64,000 nt of DNA from Candidatus Latescibacterota bacterium (GCA_965203175.1 OZ241867.1:2976001-3040000), one strand, 5' to 3'; positions 34,342 through 44,579 are shown, numbered from the stretch's first letter. Program-made: numbers and translations. Notes: generated by a model from the sequence alone, not told the origin.

Positions 34342-35430
34342 TCAAGAGCGGCTCCACACGTCCTTGAAGAACCGGATCCAGTTGTCGGAGAAGATGCCTG
34401 CGATGTCTGCTGGCGAGTAGCCACGGCGCGCGAGGATGGGCTGGAGTTTTTGCAGATCGGCGATGGTGTTGAGATCGCGCGGGGCTTGCTCGGTGCCGAA
34501 GCCGCCGTCGAGATCGGTGCCAATGCCGCAGTGGCGCGAGGTGCCCAAAAGCTGACAGATGTGGTCGATATGGTCGGCGACGGTTTCCAATGTGGCGCTG
34601 GTCAGTTGTTCAAAGGCGGGGACTTTGCGCTGCCAGCCTGGGTCGAGCATCCAGGCGTCGAAGGCCGCGCCGATGACTCCGTCGCGCTCGGCGATGGAGT
34701 GGATCATTTCGTCGGTAAGCTGGCGCTGGCCGGGAACCAAGGTGCGACAATTGTGGTGGGAAGCGCAGACCGGGCCGTCGTACAATTCCAAAAGTTCCCA
34801 GTGGGCTTGGTCGGTCAAGTGGGTCAAGTCGACGATGATGCCGGCCGCTTTGAGCGCGTCGAGCAGGGGTTTGGCCGGCGGCAGCAGTCCGCCTTCGGTG
34901 CCGGTGCCGTGTGAATAGGTGCTGGTGCCGTAATGCGAGATCGACACTAGGCGCAAGCCGAGTTCGCGCCATTCGGGCACTTGGTCCGGGCCTAAAATGG
35001 GATCGGCGCTTTCCATGGCGAGGATTAAGCCGAAGGGAGTGGTTGGGTCGGGGTTTTGCCAAGCGGCGATGGTTTCGTCTAAATCCGCGATGCTTTTGAC
35101 GAAGCGAAGCAAACCCTCGCGTTCGAGTGCTTGATAGTAGGCCAAATGTCCGCGGCCGACGCCGTGGCATTGGGCTTGGCAGTACATGCCGGTGCGAGTC
35201 CAGCGGTCGTTTGGGTCCAAGCGCGACATCACTGTACCGCAGACGAGGCCGACCTTGCCACGGCGCAGCTCGGGGAAGGTCACCGTGCAGGAGCCGAAGC
35301 CCTCCATAGTCTGCACGGAGTCGTGGACGCGCACGGTGGTCGCCTTTTGCGTTAGGTCGCGGTTGATTTGCAGGGCGGAGAAGGCTAGATCGAGGTGGCT
35401 ATCGAGGATTAGCGGGCGCGCGTCGGTCAT
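34342..35430 (-). CDS. Membrane dipeptidase (peptidase M19) family, paralog 2
   Basis: DSHLD, MESAD, DLTH, ASHHNCR, RQLTD, DHIDHI, IGTDLDGG. Confidence 0.87.
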   Translation of the reverse strand: MTDARPLILDSHLDLAFSALQINRDLTQKATTVRVHDSVQTMEGFGSCTVTFPELRRGKVGLVCGTVMSRLDPNDRWTRTGMYCQAQCHGVGRGHLAYYQALEREGLLRFVKSIADLDETIAAWQNPDPTTPFGLILAMESADPILGPDQVPEWRELGLRLVSISHYGTSTYSHGTGTEGGLLPPAKPLLDALKAAGIIVDLTHLTDQAHWELLELYDGPVCASHHNCRTLVPGQRQLTDEMIHSIAERDGVIGAAFDAWMLDPGWQRKVPAFEQLTSATLETVADHIDHICQLLGTSRHCGIGTDLDGGFGTEQAPRDLNTIADLQKLQPILARRGYSPADIAGIFSDNWIRFFKDVWSRS

Positions 35431-35434
35431 TGTA

Positions 35435-36568
35435 TTAGCTCCAGGCTTGGCGGAAGAAGCGCGAGAGGTTGCCGTGGGCTATGGCCGCAATGTCGTCGGT
35501 CGAGTAGCCCCGCCGGTCGAGGATGTCGAGGAAGCGCTGTAGGTCGGCGATGGTGTCGTAGTCGATGGGTGCCATTTCGCGGCCGAAGCCGCCGTCTAGA
35601 TCGGAGCCGATGGCGACGTGGTCGCAGTTGCCGACGAGCTGGCAGATGTGGTCGATGTGATCGACGACAGCCGACATGGAGCGCCGAGCGGTTTGCGGAT
35701 AGGTCGCCGGATCGTCGAAGTCGATCTCGGGATTGAGCATGAACTCGGCGAAGACCGCGCCGATGACACCGCCGCGCTCGGCGATGGCTTGGATCATCTC
35801 GTCGCTGAGGTGGCGCTGGCCGGGGACCAAGGCGCGGCAGTTGCAGTGGCTGGCGTGGACCGGCCCTGACCAGTGGTCCAAAAGCTGCCAGAAGACCAAG
35901 TCCGAGGCGTGGGTCAGGTCGAGGGCGATGTTCGTTGCGGCGAGCGCGTCGAGCAGGGGATAGGCATCGGCGTACAGCCCGCCGCGAGTGCCGGTGCCAT
36001 GACCCCAAGTATTGGCACCAAAATGCGTCAGCCCCACCGAGCGCAGGCCCTGTTCCCACCACCAGCTTACTTGCTCGGGATCTAAGATGGGGTCGGCGCT
36101 TTCCATACTCAGTATCAGGCCAATCGGGGTCGTTGGGTCGGGGTTTTGCCAAGCGGCAATGGCCGCGTCGAGGTCGTTTGTGTCGCGGATGAAGCGCAGT
36201 TGGCCCTCGCGCTCTAGTGCTTTGTAATAGTAAAGATGCGATTGGCCGACGGAGTGAGCCGCTTCTTGGGTCCTCATGCCGTCGTCGAGGAGGCCGGTGG
36301 GCATTTGCACTCGGCACATGACGGTCGAGAGCGCGATGCCGACGCAGCCTTGGCGCATCTGCGGTAGGGATACGGTGGCCGTGCCGCGCGAGGTGCTTTC
36401 GGGGCGCTTTCTGTCGCGCAGCGAGTCGGGGTGGGAAGGGCCTGGAGGTTTGGGGTCTTCGCGCTCGCGCAGGACGTGGATGTCTTGGGTGAGGTCGCGA
36501 CGGTGGTACAAGGCGTTGAAGGCCAAGTCGAGGTGGCCGTCTATAATGAGCATGGGTTGATCGGGCAT
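35435..36568 (-). CDS. Membrane dipeptidase (peptidase M19) family, paralog 1
   Basis: DGHLD, MESAD, DLTH, ASHCNCR, RHLSD, DHIDHI, IGSDLDGG. Confidence 0.87.
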   Translation of the reverse strand: MPDQPMLIIDGHLDLAFNALYHRRDLTQDIHVLREREDPKPPGPSHPDSLRDRKRPESTSRGTATVSLPQMRQGCVGIALSTVMCRVQMPTGLLDDGMRTQEAAHSVGQSHLYYYKALEREGQLRFIRDTNDLDAAIAAWQNPDPTTPIGLILSMESADPILDPEQVSWWWEQGLRSVGLTHFGANTWGHGTGTRGGLYADAYPLLDALAATNIALDLTHASDLVFWQLLDHWSGPVHASHCNCRALVPGQRHLSDEMIQAIAERGGVIGAVFAEFMLNPEIDFDDPATYPQTARRSMSAVVDHIDHICQLVGNCDHVAIGSDLDGGFGREMAPIDYDTIADLQRFLDILDRRGYSTDDIAAIAHGNLSRFFRQAWS

Positions 36569-36617
36569 GATGGGAAACCCCTTGGGTTAATTCGCTAGGT
36601 ATTTTTCTACTATCTCT

Positions 36618-37841
36618 TCATTGATCGTCGCGCTTAGCTACTAAGTCCTGGGTCAGGCGCTGAGCTAAGGAACCTTCTTGGGCCAACGCATAGACCATTA
36701 CATTGATGGCGAGCATCAGCTCGGCTTCATCACTAGCCCACTGCGAAGATTCCAAGGGATTTACAAAGACGAGTCGATCCTTTATAAAATGTCCTTTTAG
36801 GCCCTTAGTAATGTAACATGCTATAGATGGGTCTGGATGAGGTTCCAAGAAGTACGATTGGAAACCAATAGTAAAAAAAGCGTTGTAAATGGGATGGTCC
36901 TCTAGCAGTGCCTCCGACCAGAAGTCTTTCCTTTCTACCAAGCCTCCGTTCACCAATACTTGGGAAAGATGTTTTTCCACATCACCAATGCCTCCCATAA
37001 TGAATCCCCCCTGAATTAGGTACTGGAACTGGTTGGCTTCTTCAATCTCATTCAGGTGTAAGCTGCGGTATATGGAACCAATGAGCAGGGGAAATTTAAA
37101 TATGCGATCGTCATCAAACGAGATCGGGCCGAAGGCTTCTGCCCGCAAATTAGTGTATTTATTGATCCCATCGGCCAACGCATCAATACGCCTACTTAGA
37201 GCTATCCCTCGCATATCCAGCGCTTTTCTCGGCACCACAAGGGGCAACTTGATAAATCCCTTAAGTGATTTCGGATCGTCGGGGTCTTGGATGACGACGG
37301 CCTGATGCTGCCCAGTGTCTAGACTGTTTACGTCTAGCATCTCCAAGGCGAGATCAATTTTGTTTTCGGATTGGCGGGTGATTCCTATTGCGCGTTCCCC
37401 GAAGAGGTGATCGGCTCCTAGTTGCCGCTCGGCATCTAGCGGACGCGGTGTACTGCTGTGGGGTAGGCTGACAAGAGACAGGGCACCCGGTATAGAGCCC
37501 TGCTTCATGGGAGCTTCTGTAGTGACGTTTGTAGTCAGATGGACGGGATCTGTGCGGATCGGCGTGGGTTGTCTCTTGCGGACCATCGGCTGTTGCTTAG
37601 GCTGTGAAATTTTACGCACAGACAACGGCTTAGTTGGGCGCGGCTGACGCTTGATGTACTTGACGGTCGGCGGATGAGGCGCACTCGGCACAACGCGCCC
37701 AAACGGATCAATAAGCGCTAGTGCCGCAAGCAAGACCGCTGACAAAGCCACACTGTACCACAAACTCCGACGCTGGGGACGCAACAAAGCATCGAGGTCG
37801 AAGGAGGTCGAAAATGATGCAAACCGACGGGAGGCTTTCAT
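36618..37841 (-). CDS. Membrane-anchored protein with DUF4159-like C-terminal domain (lower GC)
   Basis: N-terminal TM, Pro/Lys-rich linker, then KYTNL..DDRIFKFP..YLIQGGF..DHPIYNAFF..KDRLV..INVMVYAL pattern. Confidence 0.55.
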   Translation of the reverse strand: MKASRRFASFSTSFDLDALLRPQRRSLWYSVALSAVLLAALALIDPFGRVVPSAPHPPTVKYIKRQPRPTKPLSVRKISQPKQQPMVRKRQPTPIRTDPVHLTTNVTTEAPMKQGSIPGALSLVSLPHSSTPRPLDAERQLGADHLFGERAIGITRQSENKIDLALEMLDVNSLDTGQHQAVVIQDPDDPKSLKGFIKLPLVVPRKALDMRGIALSRRIDALADGINKYTNLRAEAFGPISFDDDRIFKFPLLIGSIYRSLHLNEIEEANQFQYLIQGGFIMGGIGDVEKHLSQVLVNGGLVERKDFWSEALLEDHPIYNAFFTIGFQSYFLEPHPDPSIACYITKGLKGHFIKDRLVFVNPLESSQWASDEAELMLAINVMVYALAQEGSLAQRLTQDLVAKRDDQ

Positions 37842-37852
37842 GGAGTGGCTCC

Positions 37853-38965
37853 TCACGGAACTAGGTATCGTTCTACTATCTCTTCGTTGATGGTCACGCC
37901 CAACCCCGGTCCCTCCGGCACGTGAACGTAGCCATCGACGACCGCGAATTTTTCGTGCGTCAGGTCGTGGCGCAAAGGCGATTCGGCCATGCAGTATTCG
38001 AAGACCTCGCCGTGGGGAACTGCCGCAAGTCCGTGCAGGGAGGCGGCGATGGTGATGCCGCTTTTGAACGAGTGGTTGACGACCTTGCGGTGCAGGCGGT
38101 GGGCGAGGCGGCCGACCTCGACCATGGTCGAAAGCCCGCAGCGGCCCGGGTCCGGCTGAACCCAGTCGATGCGGCCATTGACGAGCAGCCGCTCAAAGTC
38201 CTGATAGCGCGACTCGGCCTCGCCCGTGGCGATCGGCACCGGGCTGCGCTCGCAGAGGTGTGCATAGCCTGCGACATCCTCGGGGTGCAAAGGTTCTTCG
38301 AGCCAGAATATGCCGTATTCGGCAAACTGCTCGGCGCGCTTGAGGCCGGTCTTCCAGTCCCACACTTGCCCAGCATCTACCAAAATGTCCACATCCGGCC
38401 CGGCCCCCTTCCGCGCTTCGCGCACCAAGGCGATGTCGTTTGCCTCGCTCTGTCCCATCGGTCCCCAGCCGAACTTGATGGCTGTGAACCCTTCACCAGC
38501 AAAGCGGCGGGCCAGTTCGCCGGTCTCTTGTGGTGTGTCGCCGAAGAGGATGGAGCAATACGCGCGGAATTTGGTTTGATGGGGACCGCCGAGCAGTTCG
38601 TAGGCCGGGCAGTTGCGCACTTTGCCGGCAATGTCCCACAACGCGAGGTTGACGCCGGCCATGGCGTGCGTGCCCACGCCGACGCGACCGTAGTAGTTGG
38701 CTGCTTCGAGCATGCGCGCACCGCATACGTCGATGGCTAGCGGGTCCAGGCCCTCTAGTGCATTGGCGAGGCCGTTGCTAATCTGGTGGGAGAGCGGGGC
38801 CTCGACGACGGCCTTGACCACGGTGGGAGCCGAATCAACTTCGCCCCAGCCGGTGATGCCGGCGTCGGTTTCTATTTGGATTAGACAGGTGTCCTGCGTG
38901 CCGTCGCAGCGAGTGGTGACATCGGGCAGGCGCAGATAATGGGCTGATACGCGAGTGATTTTCAT
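37853..38965 (-). CDS. Mandelate racemase/muconate lactonizing enzyme family protein
   Basis: IETDAGITGWGE, ALWDIAGK, IKFG, LVDAG, WLEEP, ATGE, QPD, VPEGPGLG. Confidence 0.9.
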   Translation of the reverse strand: MKITRVSAHYLRLPDVTTRCDGTQDTCLIQIETDAGITGWGEVDSAPTVVKAVVEAPLSHQISNGLANALEGLDPLAIDVCGARMLEAANYYGRVGVGTHAMAGVNLALWDIAGKVRNCPAYELLGGPHQTKFRAYCSILFGDTPQETGELARRFAGEGFTAIKFGWGPMGQSEANDIALVREARKGAGPDVDILVDAGQVWDWKTGLKRAEQFAEYGIFWLEEPLHPEDVAGYAHLCERSPVPIATGEAESRYQDFERLLVNGRIDWVQPDPGRCGLSTMVEVGRLAHRLHRKVVNHSFKSGITIAASLHGLAAVPHGEVFEYCMAESPLRHDLTHEKFAVVDGYVHVPEGPGLGVTINEEIVERYLVP

Positions 38966-38967
38966 AA

Positions 38968-40596
38968 TTAAAAGTCGAATACGGTTTCGAGGGTCATGAT
39001 TTTGTGGCGTTGCAGGTGCCGATTGGCGGAGCGTTCGAATACGAAGCGAGTATCCCAGCGCACGGAGGTGCCTTCTTTCATGTTCAGTCCGACGTCAAAG
39101 CCGTAGAAAGTGTCCTCGGTCGGCTCGAAGAAGTCGTCCCGCCCAGTGCCGTCTTCGTTGGGGTTCCGGCCGATGTTGTTCTTGTGGAAATAAGCATATG
39201 CGCGCTTGAGGCGGGGGAAGTATTTGAGCAGTTTGCGCGACAGGGATGCGCTGGCGATGAGCTGCTGTTTTGGGTCGCCAGTGCCCGTCAAATACTGATA
39301 GGAGACCGAGGCGTACGCGTACGAGCCGAGTTCCGTGCCCAAGTGACCGAAGAAGCCGGAGAGATTGTTGCTGTAGCCGAGCCGCGCGTCCTTGGACTGG
39401 GCCTGTCCGGTGGCGAGGTCGAGGTGAGCGCGGTCGAGTTCGTACAGCTCGTCGAAGTAGCGCGAGTCGAAATCGCGGCGGAAGTGGCGGAAGTCCAATT
39501 GGCCGTTGAGCGGGCCTAAAGCCAGCCACAGGCCCGGGGCGGCGATTCCGAATCCGGTCGCTTGGCGGTTGCCGGGGGAGACGCCCTGCTGTTGCGCCTC
39601 GAAGCTGGAGAGGGCGTCGTCGTCGTCGATCAGCATGGCGAATTGGCCGTAGAGCTTGAGCTCTAAGCCTAGATCGCGGATGAGTGGGTAGGCTAGGTCC
39701 ACGCCCAAGATCGAAAAGAAGTCTTGGCCAACGCGGTTTTTGTTGAAGGGCTTGTGGCGGTCCACGTCTTGGTCCACTGGGAAGGCGTTGCCATAATTGG
39801 CGTTGAGTCCCAACAAAGCGGAGGCGATATCGGCGGAGAGGCCGCTGCCGGCGTCGGCGTCGATGATGCCGTCGTTGTCGTCGTCGCTGTCGATGTGGTC
39901 GGGTACGCCATCGGCGTCGTTGTCGAGGGCAAAATCGCCGTCTTCTGGGAAGGCGTCAATGGGGTCGGGCACGCCGTCGGAATCGCTGTCGCGCAGGCCG
40001 CTGTACTGGTCGAGATCGGCGACAAAGGTTACACCCACTTCGAGATCGGCGGCGTAGCCAAAGGTTCGCAGCCCGATGAGGGCACCGCCCTCTTGGAAGT
40101 CTTGGAGGTTGTTGATCACTCCTTCGAGTCCGATATTAGTGCTGGCAAAATTGGCGATGCGGAACTGGAATCCGGTTTTCTTGATGCCGGGATAGTGCAG
40201 GGTGTTGCGGTAGTTGTCCATGATGAGGCCGTACCCCAACGTCACATCGTCGAGTGCGCCAATTTTGACGTACACCGCGTCATTAGGACGCCCATAGCGC
40301 ACGTAGTAGATTTTGCGCAGGATCGAGTCGAAGGTTTGGGTTGACGAGCCAGCCTCCCAGCCGCGTGAACCAAGATCGCCATTGCGCTCGACAAACAGCT
40401 CTAAGTCGAGGCCAATACCCAAGCGGCCCAAGGGAAAGTCGGGCCGGAGGCTGAGGCGATACAACTGCTCTTGATCGACGGTGACGCTACCCATGCTGAG
40501 TGAGTAGCCAAACATGGCCACCGAGGGCTGAGCTGAGGAGGCGACCGGGTAGGACAAGAGCAGTAAGACCAAGACGAGGTTACAGCGAGAATTCAT
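38968..40596 (-). CDS. Outer-membrane beta-barrel protein with inserted TSP3-like Ca-binding repeats
   Basis: Signal peptide; amphipathic strands; DSDSDGVPD..DAFPED..DNDADGVPD..DSDDDNDGIID; C-terminal ETVFDF. Confidence 0.65.
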   Translation of the reverse strand: MNSRCNLVLVLLLLSYPVASSAQPSVAMFGYSLSMGSVTVDQEQLYRLSLRPDFPLGRLGIGLDLELFVERNGDLGSRGWEAGSSTQTFDSILRKIYYVRYGRPNDAVYVKIGALDDVTLGYGLIMDNYRNTLHYPGIKKTGFQFRIANFASTNIGLEGVINNLQDFQEGGALIGLRTFGYAADLEVGVTFVADLDQYSGLRDSDSDGVPDPIDAFPEDGDFALDNDADGVPDHIDSDDDNDGIIDADAGSGLSADIASALLGLNANYGNAFPVDQDVDRHKPFNKNRVGQDFFSILGVDLAYPLIRDLGLELKLYGQFAMLIDDDDALSSFEAQQQGVSPGNRQATGFGIAAPGLWLALGPLNGQLDFRHFRRDFDSRYFDELYELDRAHLDLATGQAQSKDARLGYSNNLSGFFGHLGTELGSYAYASVSYQYLTGTGDPKQQLIASASLSRKLLKYFPRLKRAYAYFHKNNIGRNPNEDGTGRDDFFEPTEDTFYGFDVGLNMKEGTSVRWDTRFVFERSANRHLQRHKIMTLETVFDF

Positions 40597-40696
40597 ATAG
40601 GGAAGATGCGGTCGCCGGGCCGCGCATGCAATGGCAAGGCGGTCCTTTTGGGCACCGCAAACGACAACGATATAACTCACCAGAAAGAGGTTTGCG

Positions 40697-42535
40697 ATGG
40701 GACAGACGCTAAGAGATTTGCTCGACCATAGCTTCGCAACCTGTGCCGAACAGACGGCCATTCGAGAACTCAAGCCCGTAGAGGGCAGCCGCACATTGAG
40801 CTACCAGCCCGTGACCTACGCTGAGCTCAAAAGCCGCCGCGATCGGCTCGCGGCCGGCCTTGCAGCGCAGGGTTTGGCCAAGGGCCAGCGCGTGGGCATC
40901 CTCACCGATGGTGGCAGCGAGCCGCTTTTGATCTTTCTGGCGACCGACTGCATTGGGGTCAGTGCAGTGCCGCTGTGCATCCAGTCGCCTAACGAGCCGC
41001 TCGCCCACAGCATCGCACACTCTGCGGTTGAACTACTGGTCGTAGATCGCAAAGGATACGAGCGGTTTGACACCATCCGAGAGCGACTGGACAAGACACC
41101 GCGGATTGCGTTGACCGAGGGCGAGGGCGAGGGCGCGATTCCTTGGGAAGAGCTGGCGGAGAGCAGCGCGGCCGTGCCCGAGGTCGAGGTGCTGCCGGAA
41201 GATGAGTCGAAAATTCTCTATACCTCGGGTTCAACCGGCCTGCCCAAGGGCGTGATCCAGACCCATGCCAACATCGTCGCCAACGTCGAAGAGGTTTGGG
41301 ACGTGATTAGCAAGCGCGAGCCTCTGCGCATGTTCAAGTCTGCGCCCGACTACCACTCTATGGGAATTCTCAACATCTACTATCCCTTGGCCAAGGGGTG
41401 GATTTTGGACTTGGCGCGCTCGCCCGACCGCGTCCTCAGCGACATTCGCCTCTCAGAGCCGGAGGGCTTCCTCACCGTGCCGCTGATACTCGACAAAGTG
41501 TACGGCAATGTGCGCAAGGAAATCGACGGCGGCGGCCTCAAGGGGAGCTTGATCCAGCGCTCGGTTGCGGCCAAAGAGCGGTCGGCACACGGCCAGGCTG
41601 GGCTAGGCGACAAGCTCTTTTTGGCTGCCATCGGCCGTTCAATCATTGGCAAAATTCGCGCTCAACTCGCCACGCGAGTCGGGCCTCATCTAGAGCTTTT
41701 GATCGTCGGCTCGGCCAAGGCCGATCCCAAGGCATTGGACTTCTTTCACGAAGTGCTCGATATCACCACGTACGAGGGCTACGGCACGACCGAGTGCGCG
41801 CCGCTGATTGCTGCCAACCATCTCGAAGGGCGCAAAAGCGGTACGGTGGGGAGGCCGTTGCAGGCAGTGAAGATCGTAGCCGAAGACGGGTCGGAAATTG
41901 GGTACAACGATCCAGCGCAGGACAAGTGCCGATCTAGCGGCGATCAGGTCGGGGAGCTGTGGACTAGCGGCCCCAACGTCATGCGCGGGTATTTACACGA
42001 CCCCGAGCAGACCGAACAGGTGCTAGTGGAAGAAGGCGGTCAGATCTGGTATCGGACCGGCGACTTGTTCAGCATGGATGACGAGGGTTTTCTCTCGTTC
42101 CACGGGCGAGTTGGCCGACAGTTCAAGCTGCGCAACGGCGAGTTTGTCAATCCCGAAGCCTTGGAGCGGATTTTCGCCCGAGTGCCCCTAGTCGAGCACG
42201 TGATCGTGTACGGCGACCAGCAGCGCGACTATCCTCTGCCGTTGGTGACGGTGGATGTGGAGGAGGCAAAAAACAGCGGCATCGACGGGTTGCCGCTAGA
42301 GGACGAGGACGCCCTGCGCACGCATCCGAGCTTGGGCGAGCGGATCCGCGAAGGGTTCCTCGCCGAGGCTACGGCTGCTGGCCTGCCGAGCTACCAGCGG
42401 CCGCAGCGCGTCGCGCTCTTGCCCGAGCCGCTGAGCGAGGACGCCGGAACTTTAACCAAGGGCCTGAAGAAAATCGTGCCCAAGGCGATCGTCGAGCGGT
42501 ATCGCACGATCGTCGAACAGACCTACGCATCCTAG
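40697..42535 (+). CDS. Long-chain fatty acid--CoA ligase (AMP-binding)
   Basis: YTSGSTGLPKGV, EGYGTTE, GPNVMRGY, YRTGDL, FKLRNGEFVNP, GTLT..LK. Confidence 0.88.
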   Translation: MGQTLRDLLDHSFATCAEQTAIRELKPVEGSRTLSYQPVTYAELKSRRDRLAAGLAAQGLAKGQRVGILTDGGSEPLLIFLATDCIGVSAVPLCIQSPNEPLAHSIAHSAVELLVVDRKGYERFDTIRERLDKTPRIALTEGEGEGAIPWEELAESSAAVPEVEVLPEDESKILYTSGSTGLPKGVIQTHANIVANVEEVWDVISKREPLRMFKSAPDYHSMGILNIYYPLAKGWILDLARSPDRVLSDIRLSEPEGFLTVPLILDKVYGNVRKEIDGGGLKGSLIQRSVAAKERSAHGQAGLGDKLFLAAIGRSIIGKIRAQLATRVGPHLELLIVGSAKADPKALDFFHEVLDITTYEGYGTTECAPLIAANHLEGRKSGTVGRPLQAVKIVAEDGSEIGYNDPAQDKCRSSGDQVGELWTSGPNVMRGYLHDPEQTEQVLVEEGGQIWYRTGDLFSMDDEGFLSFHGRVGRQFKLRNGEFVNPEALERIFARVPLVEHVIVYGDQQRDYPLPLVTVDVEEAKNSGIDGLPLEDEDALRTHPSLGERIREGFLAEATAAGLPSYQRPQRVALLPEPLSEDAGTLTKGLKKIVPKAIVERYRTIVEQTYAS

Positions 42536-43578
42536 CTACGCCGCAACTGGTGCAAGCGGTGGCTTAGCTCGGTTGGCGAGGCCGTGCCGGTCGTGCCAAC
42601 CTGCTGAGCGGTAATTGACGCGGCCAAGCAGGCTATCGCCGCCGCTTCCGTCAGTTCAGCACCTGCCGCCAAGGCCGCGCTGAGGGCAGCCGCACAAGTG
42701 TCTCCGGTGCCGACTGGGTCAACGGGTGCAGTGAGACACACGGCCGGCACGTGCTCGACCCTGCTGCCGTCGGCTACGAGGATCCCCCTATTGCCAAGCG
42801 TTAGAAACACCGGGCGACCAGTCTGGTTACTGAGTACGTGGGCGTGGTGGCGCGCTGCCTTGAGCGACAGGCTCCCTTGGCCGCCGAGTGCGGCCCAAGC
42901 TTCGCGCTGGTTGGGTTTGAGGATGGCGCGCTTAAAGAACCCAATGCGCGTGCGCGAATCGGCGAGGACCACGAGCTTGGGCTGAGTATCGAGCGCAGCG
43001 GCGATGGCGCGGCGCACGAGCGAGGTAAGGACGCCGCAATTAGTTTCGGTGACTTGGTCGATGAGTACGAGCCCGTCCCAGTGGCTCAGGCGCTGATGGA
43101 CGTGATTGATGAGATTGCGTTGGAGACTGGTCGGGGTCGGGCGGCGGTTTTTGGCATCGAGCCGCTCTAGTTCCTCGAGGACGGGTCGGCCGCGCTGGCT
43201 GCTATCGACGTAGCAGGGCTTGTCATAGGTCGGGGTCAAGCGGCCCGGAGCTGTGAGAAATCCCGTCAAATCTAGGCCCAGCCGGCGCATGGCTCGCCGC
43301 AACTCGTAGCCTTCTCCGTCGTCGCCGCAATAACCTACGCCCTCGACTGCTCCTACGCCGAGGGCGCGCAAGTTGGCGGCGACATTGCCGGCGGCCCCAG
43401 GTTGGCGGCGATAGCCGATTACCTGATAGCAGGTTTTGCCGGTCTCCAGCGACTTTTCGTCGAGGACCGGGTCGCATTCGCGATAGGAGTCGAGGAAAAA
43501 GTCTCCAACTACGCCGATGCGTAGCGCGGGAAATGCTGCCATGAGGGCGCGCAGGCGAGTTGGGGACAAGTTAAACAT
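42532..43578 (-). CDS. PfkB-family sugar kinase, RfaE/HldE kinase-domain-like
   Basis: VVGDFFLD, PGAAGNVAANL, LKPNQREA, TLGNRG, DPVGTGD. Confidence 0.8.
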   Translation of the reverse strand: MFNLSPTRLRALMAAFPALRIGVVGDFFLDSYRECDPVLDEKSLETGKTCYQVIGYRRQPGAAGNVAANLRALGVGAVEGVGYCGDDGEGYELRRAMRRLGLDLTGFLTAPGRLTPTYDKPCYVDSSQRGRPVLEELERLDAKNRRPTPTSLQRNLINHVHQRLSHWDGLVLIDQVTETNCGVLTSLVRRAIAAALDTQPKLVVLADSRTRIGFFKRAILKPNQREAWAALGGQGSLSLKAARHHAHVLSNQTGRPVFLTLGNRGILVADGSRVEHVPAVCLTAPVDPVGTGDTCAAALSAALAAGAELTEAAAIACLAASITAQQVGTTGTASPTELSHRLHQLRRS

Positions 43579-43700
43579 AGGATTGGCGGCGCAAGGGCGG
43601 GTAAGTCGGGCTTGATTTAGTACCTATAGCTTCCTATTTTCACTAGGTGCTATATTTAGTTATGTCCTTGATTCTCTTAAACTTAAAATAAAAAGAGAAC

Positions 43701-44570
43701 GTGCCGATTCGCAAAGCCGTATTCCCCGTAGCAGGTTTGGGCACCCGCCTGCTGCCAGCGACCAAGTCCCAACCCAAGGAGATGCTGCCCGTTGGTTGCA
43801 AGCCAGTCGTGCAGTACGTGGTCGAAGAGATGATCGAGCAGGGGTTAGACAAGTTTCTCTTTGTAACGGGCCGCAAGAAGCGCTCGATTGAGGATCACTT
43901 CGACGACGATCCAGAGCTTGCGGCGCGCTTGGGCGATAGCGCGATCGGCGAGGTTGACTACGCAGCCGCAGGCGTTGAATTCTACTATGTGCGGCAGCGA
44001 CGGCCGGCCGGCAATGCCGATGCCGTGCGTCAGGCGCGGGAATTCGTCGGCGACGAGCCGTTTGTGGTGGGGTTTGGCGACACGATCATCTCCTCGCCGC
44101 GGGTGCCAGGCGTGGTCGGCCGGATGATGCAGTCGCATGTCCAGCGGGGTGCGGCCGCCACTATTGCCGTATGGGAAGTGCCGCGCGAAGAGACCTACAA
44201 GTACGGGGTCGTCACACCGCAAGGCGAGGCCGACGACGACTTTGCCATCGCCGATATTGTTGAAAAACCGCCGGTGGAAGCTGCGCCGAGTTGTCTTGCG
44301 GTTGCGGCCCGCTATATTTTTTCACCGGAGATTTTCGCCGCTATTGATGAGATTGAGCCTGGGGTTGGCGGTGAGTTGTGGTTGACCGATGCTATCCGCG
44401 TCCTGATCCAGAGCGGGGCTGAGGTCCGCTGCACACGCCTTGCAAGCGATGAGGCGCGCTACGACATAGGAACGCCGCTCACATACTATCGGGCCTTCGC
44501 GGATTTCGCCTTGGCCGACCAGGAGTTCGGCGCGGCGTTTCGCGCCTATCTAGAGGACAAATTGGCTTAG
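43701..44570 (+). CDS. galU: UTP--glucose-1-phosphate uridylyltransferase
   Basis: KAVFPVAGLGTRLLPATKSQPKEMLP, KRSIEDHFD, IVEKP, GELWLTDA, RYDIG. Confidence 0.85.
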   Translation: MPIRKAVFPVAGLGTRLLPATKSQPKEMLPVGCKPVVQYVVEEMIEQGLDKFLFVTGRKKRSIEDHFDDDPELAARLGDSAIGEVDYAAAGVEFYYVRQRRPAGNADAVRQAREFVGDEPFVVGFGDTIISSPRVPGVVGRMMQSHVQRGAAATIAVWEVPREETYKYGVVTPQGEADDDFAIADIVEKPPVEAAPSCLAVAARYIFSPEIFAAIDEIEPGVGGELWLTDAIRVLIQSGAEVRCTRLASDEARYDIGTPLTYYRAFADFALADQEFGAAFRAYLEDKLA

Positions 44571-44579
44571 GCATACGCA

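Noticed and set aside
42532-42535. Convergent stop codons sharing CTAG (similar overlap at 17500-17503)
   Set aside because: Common outcome of compact genomes; no evidence of function.
43618-43652. Imperfect inverted repeat TAGTACCTA/TAGGTGCTA between the kinase and galU
   Set aside because: Short and imperfect, with no regulator nearby; cannot be supported.
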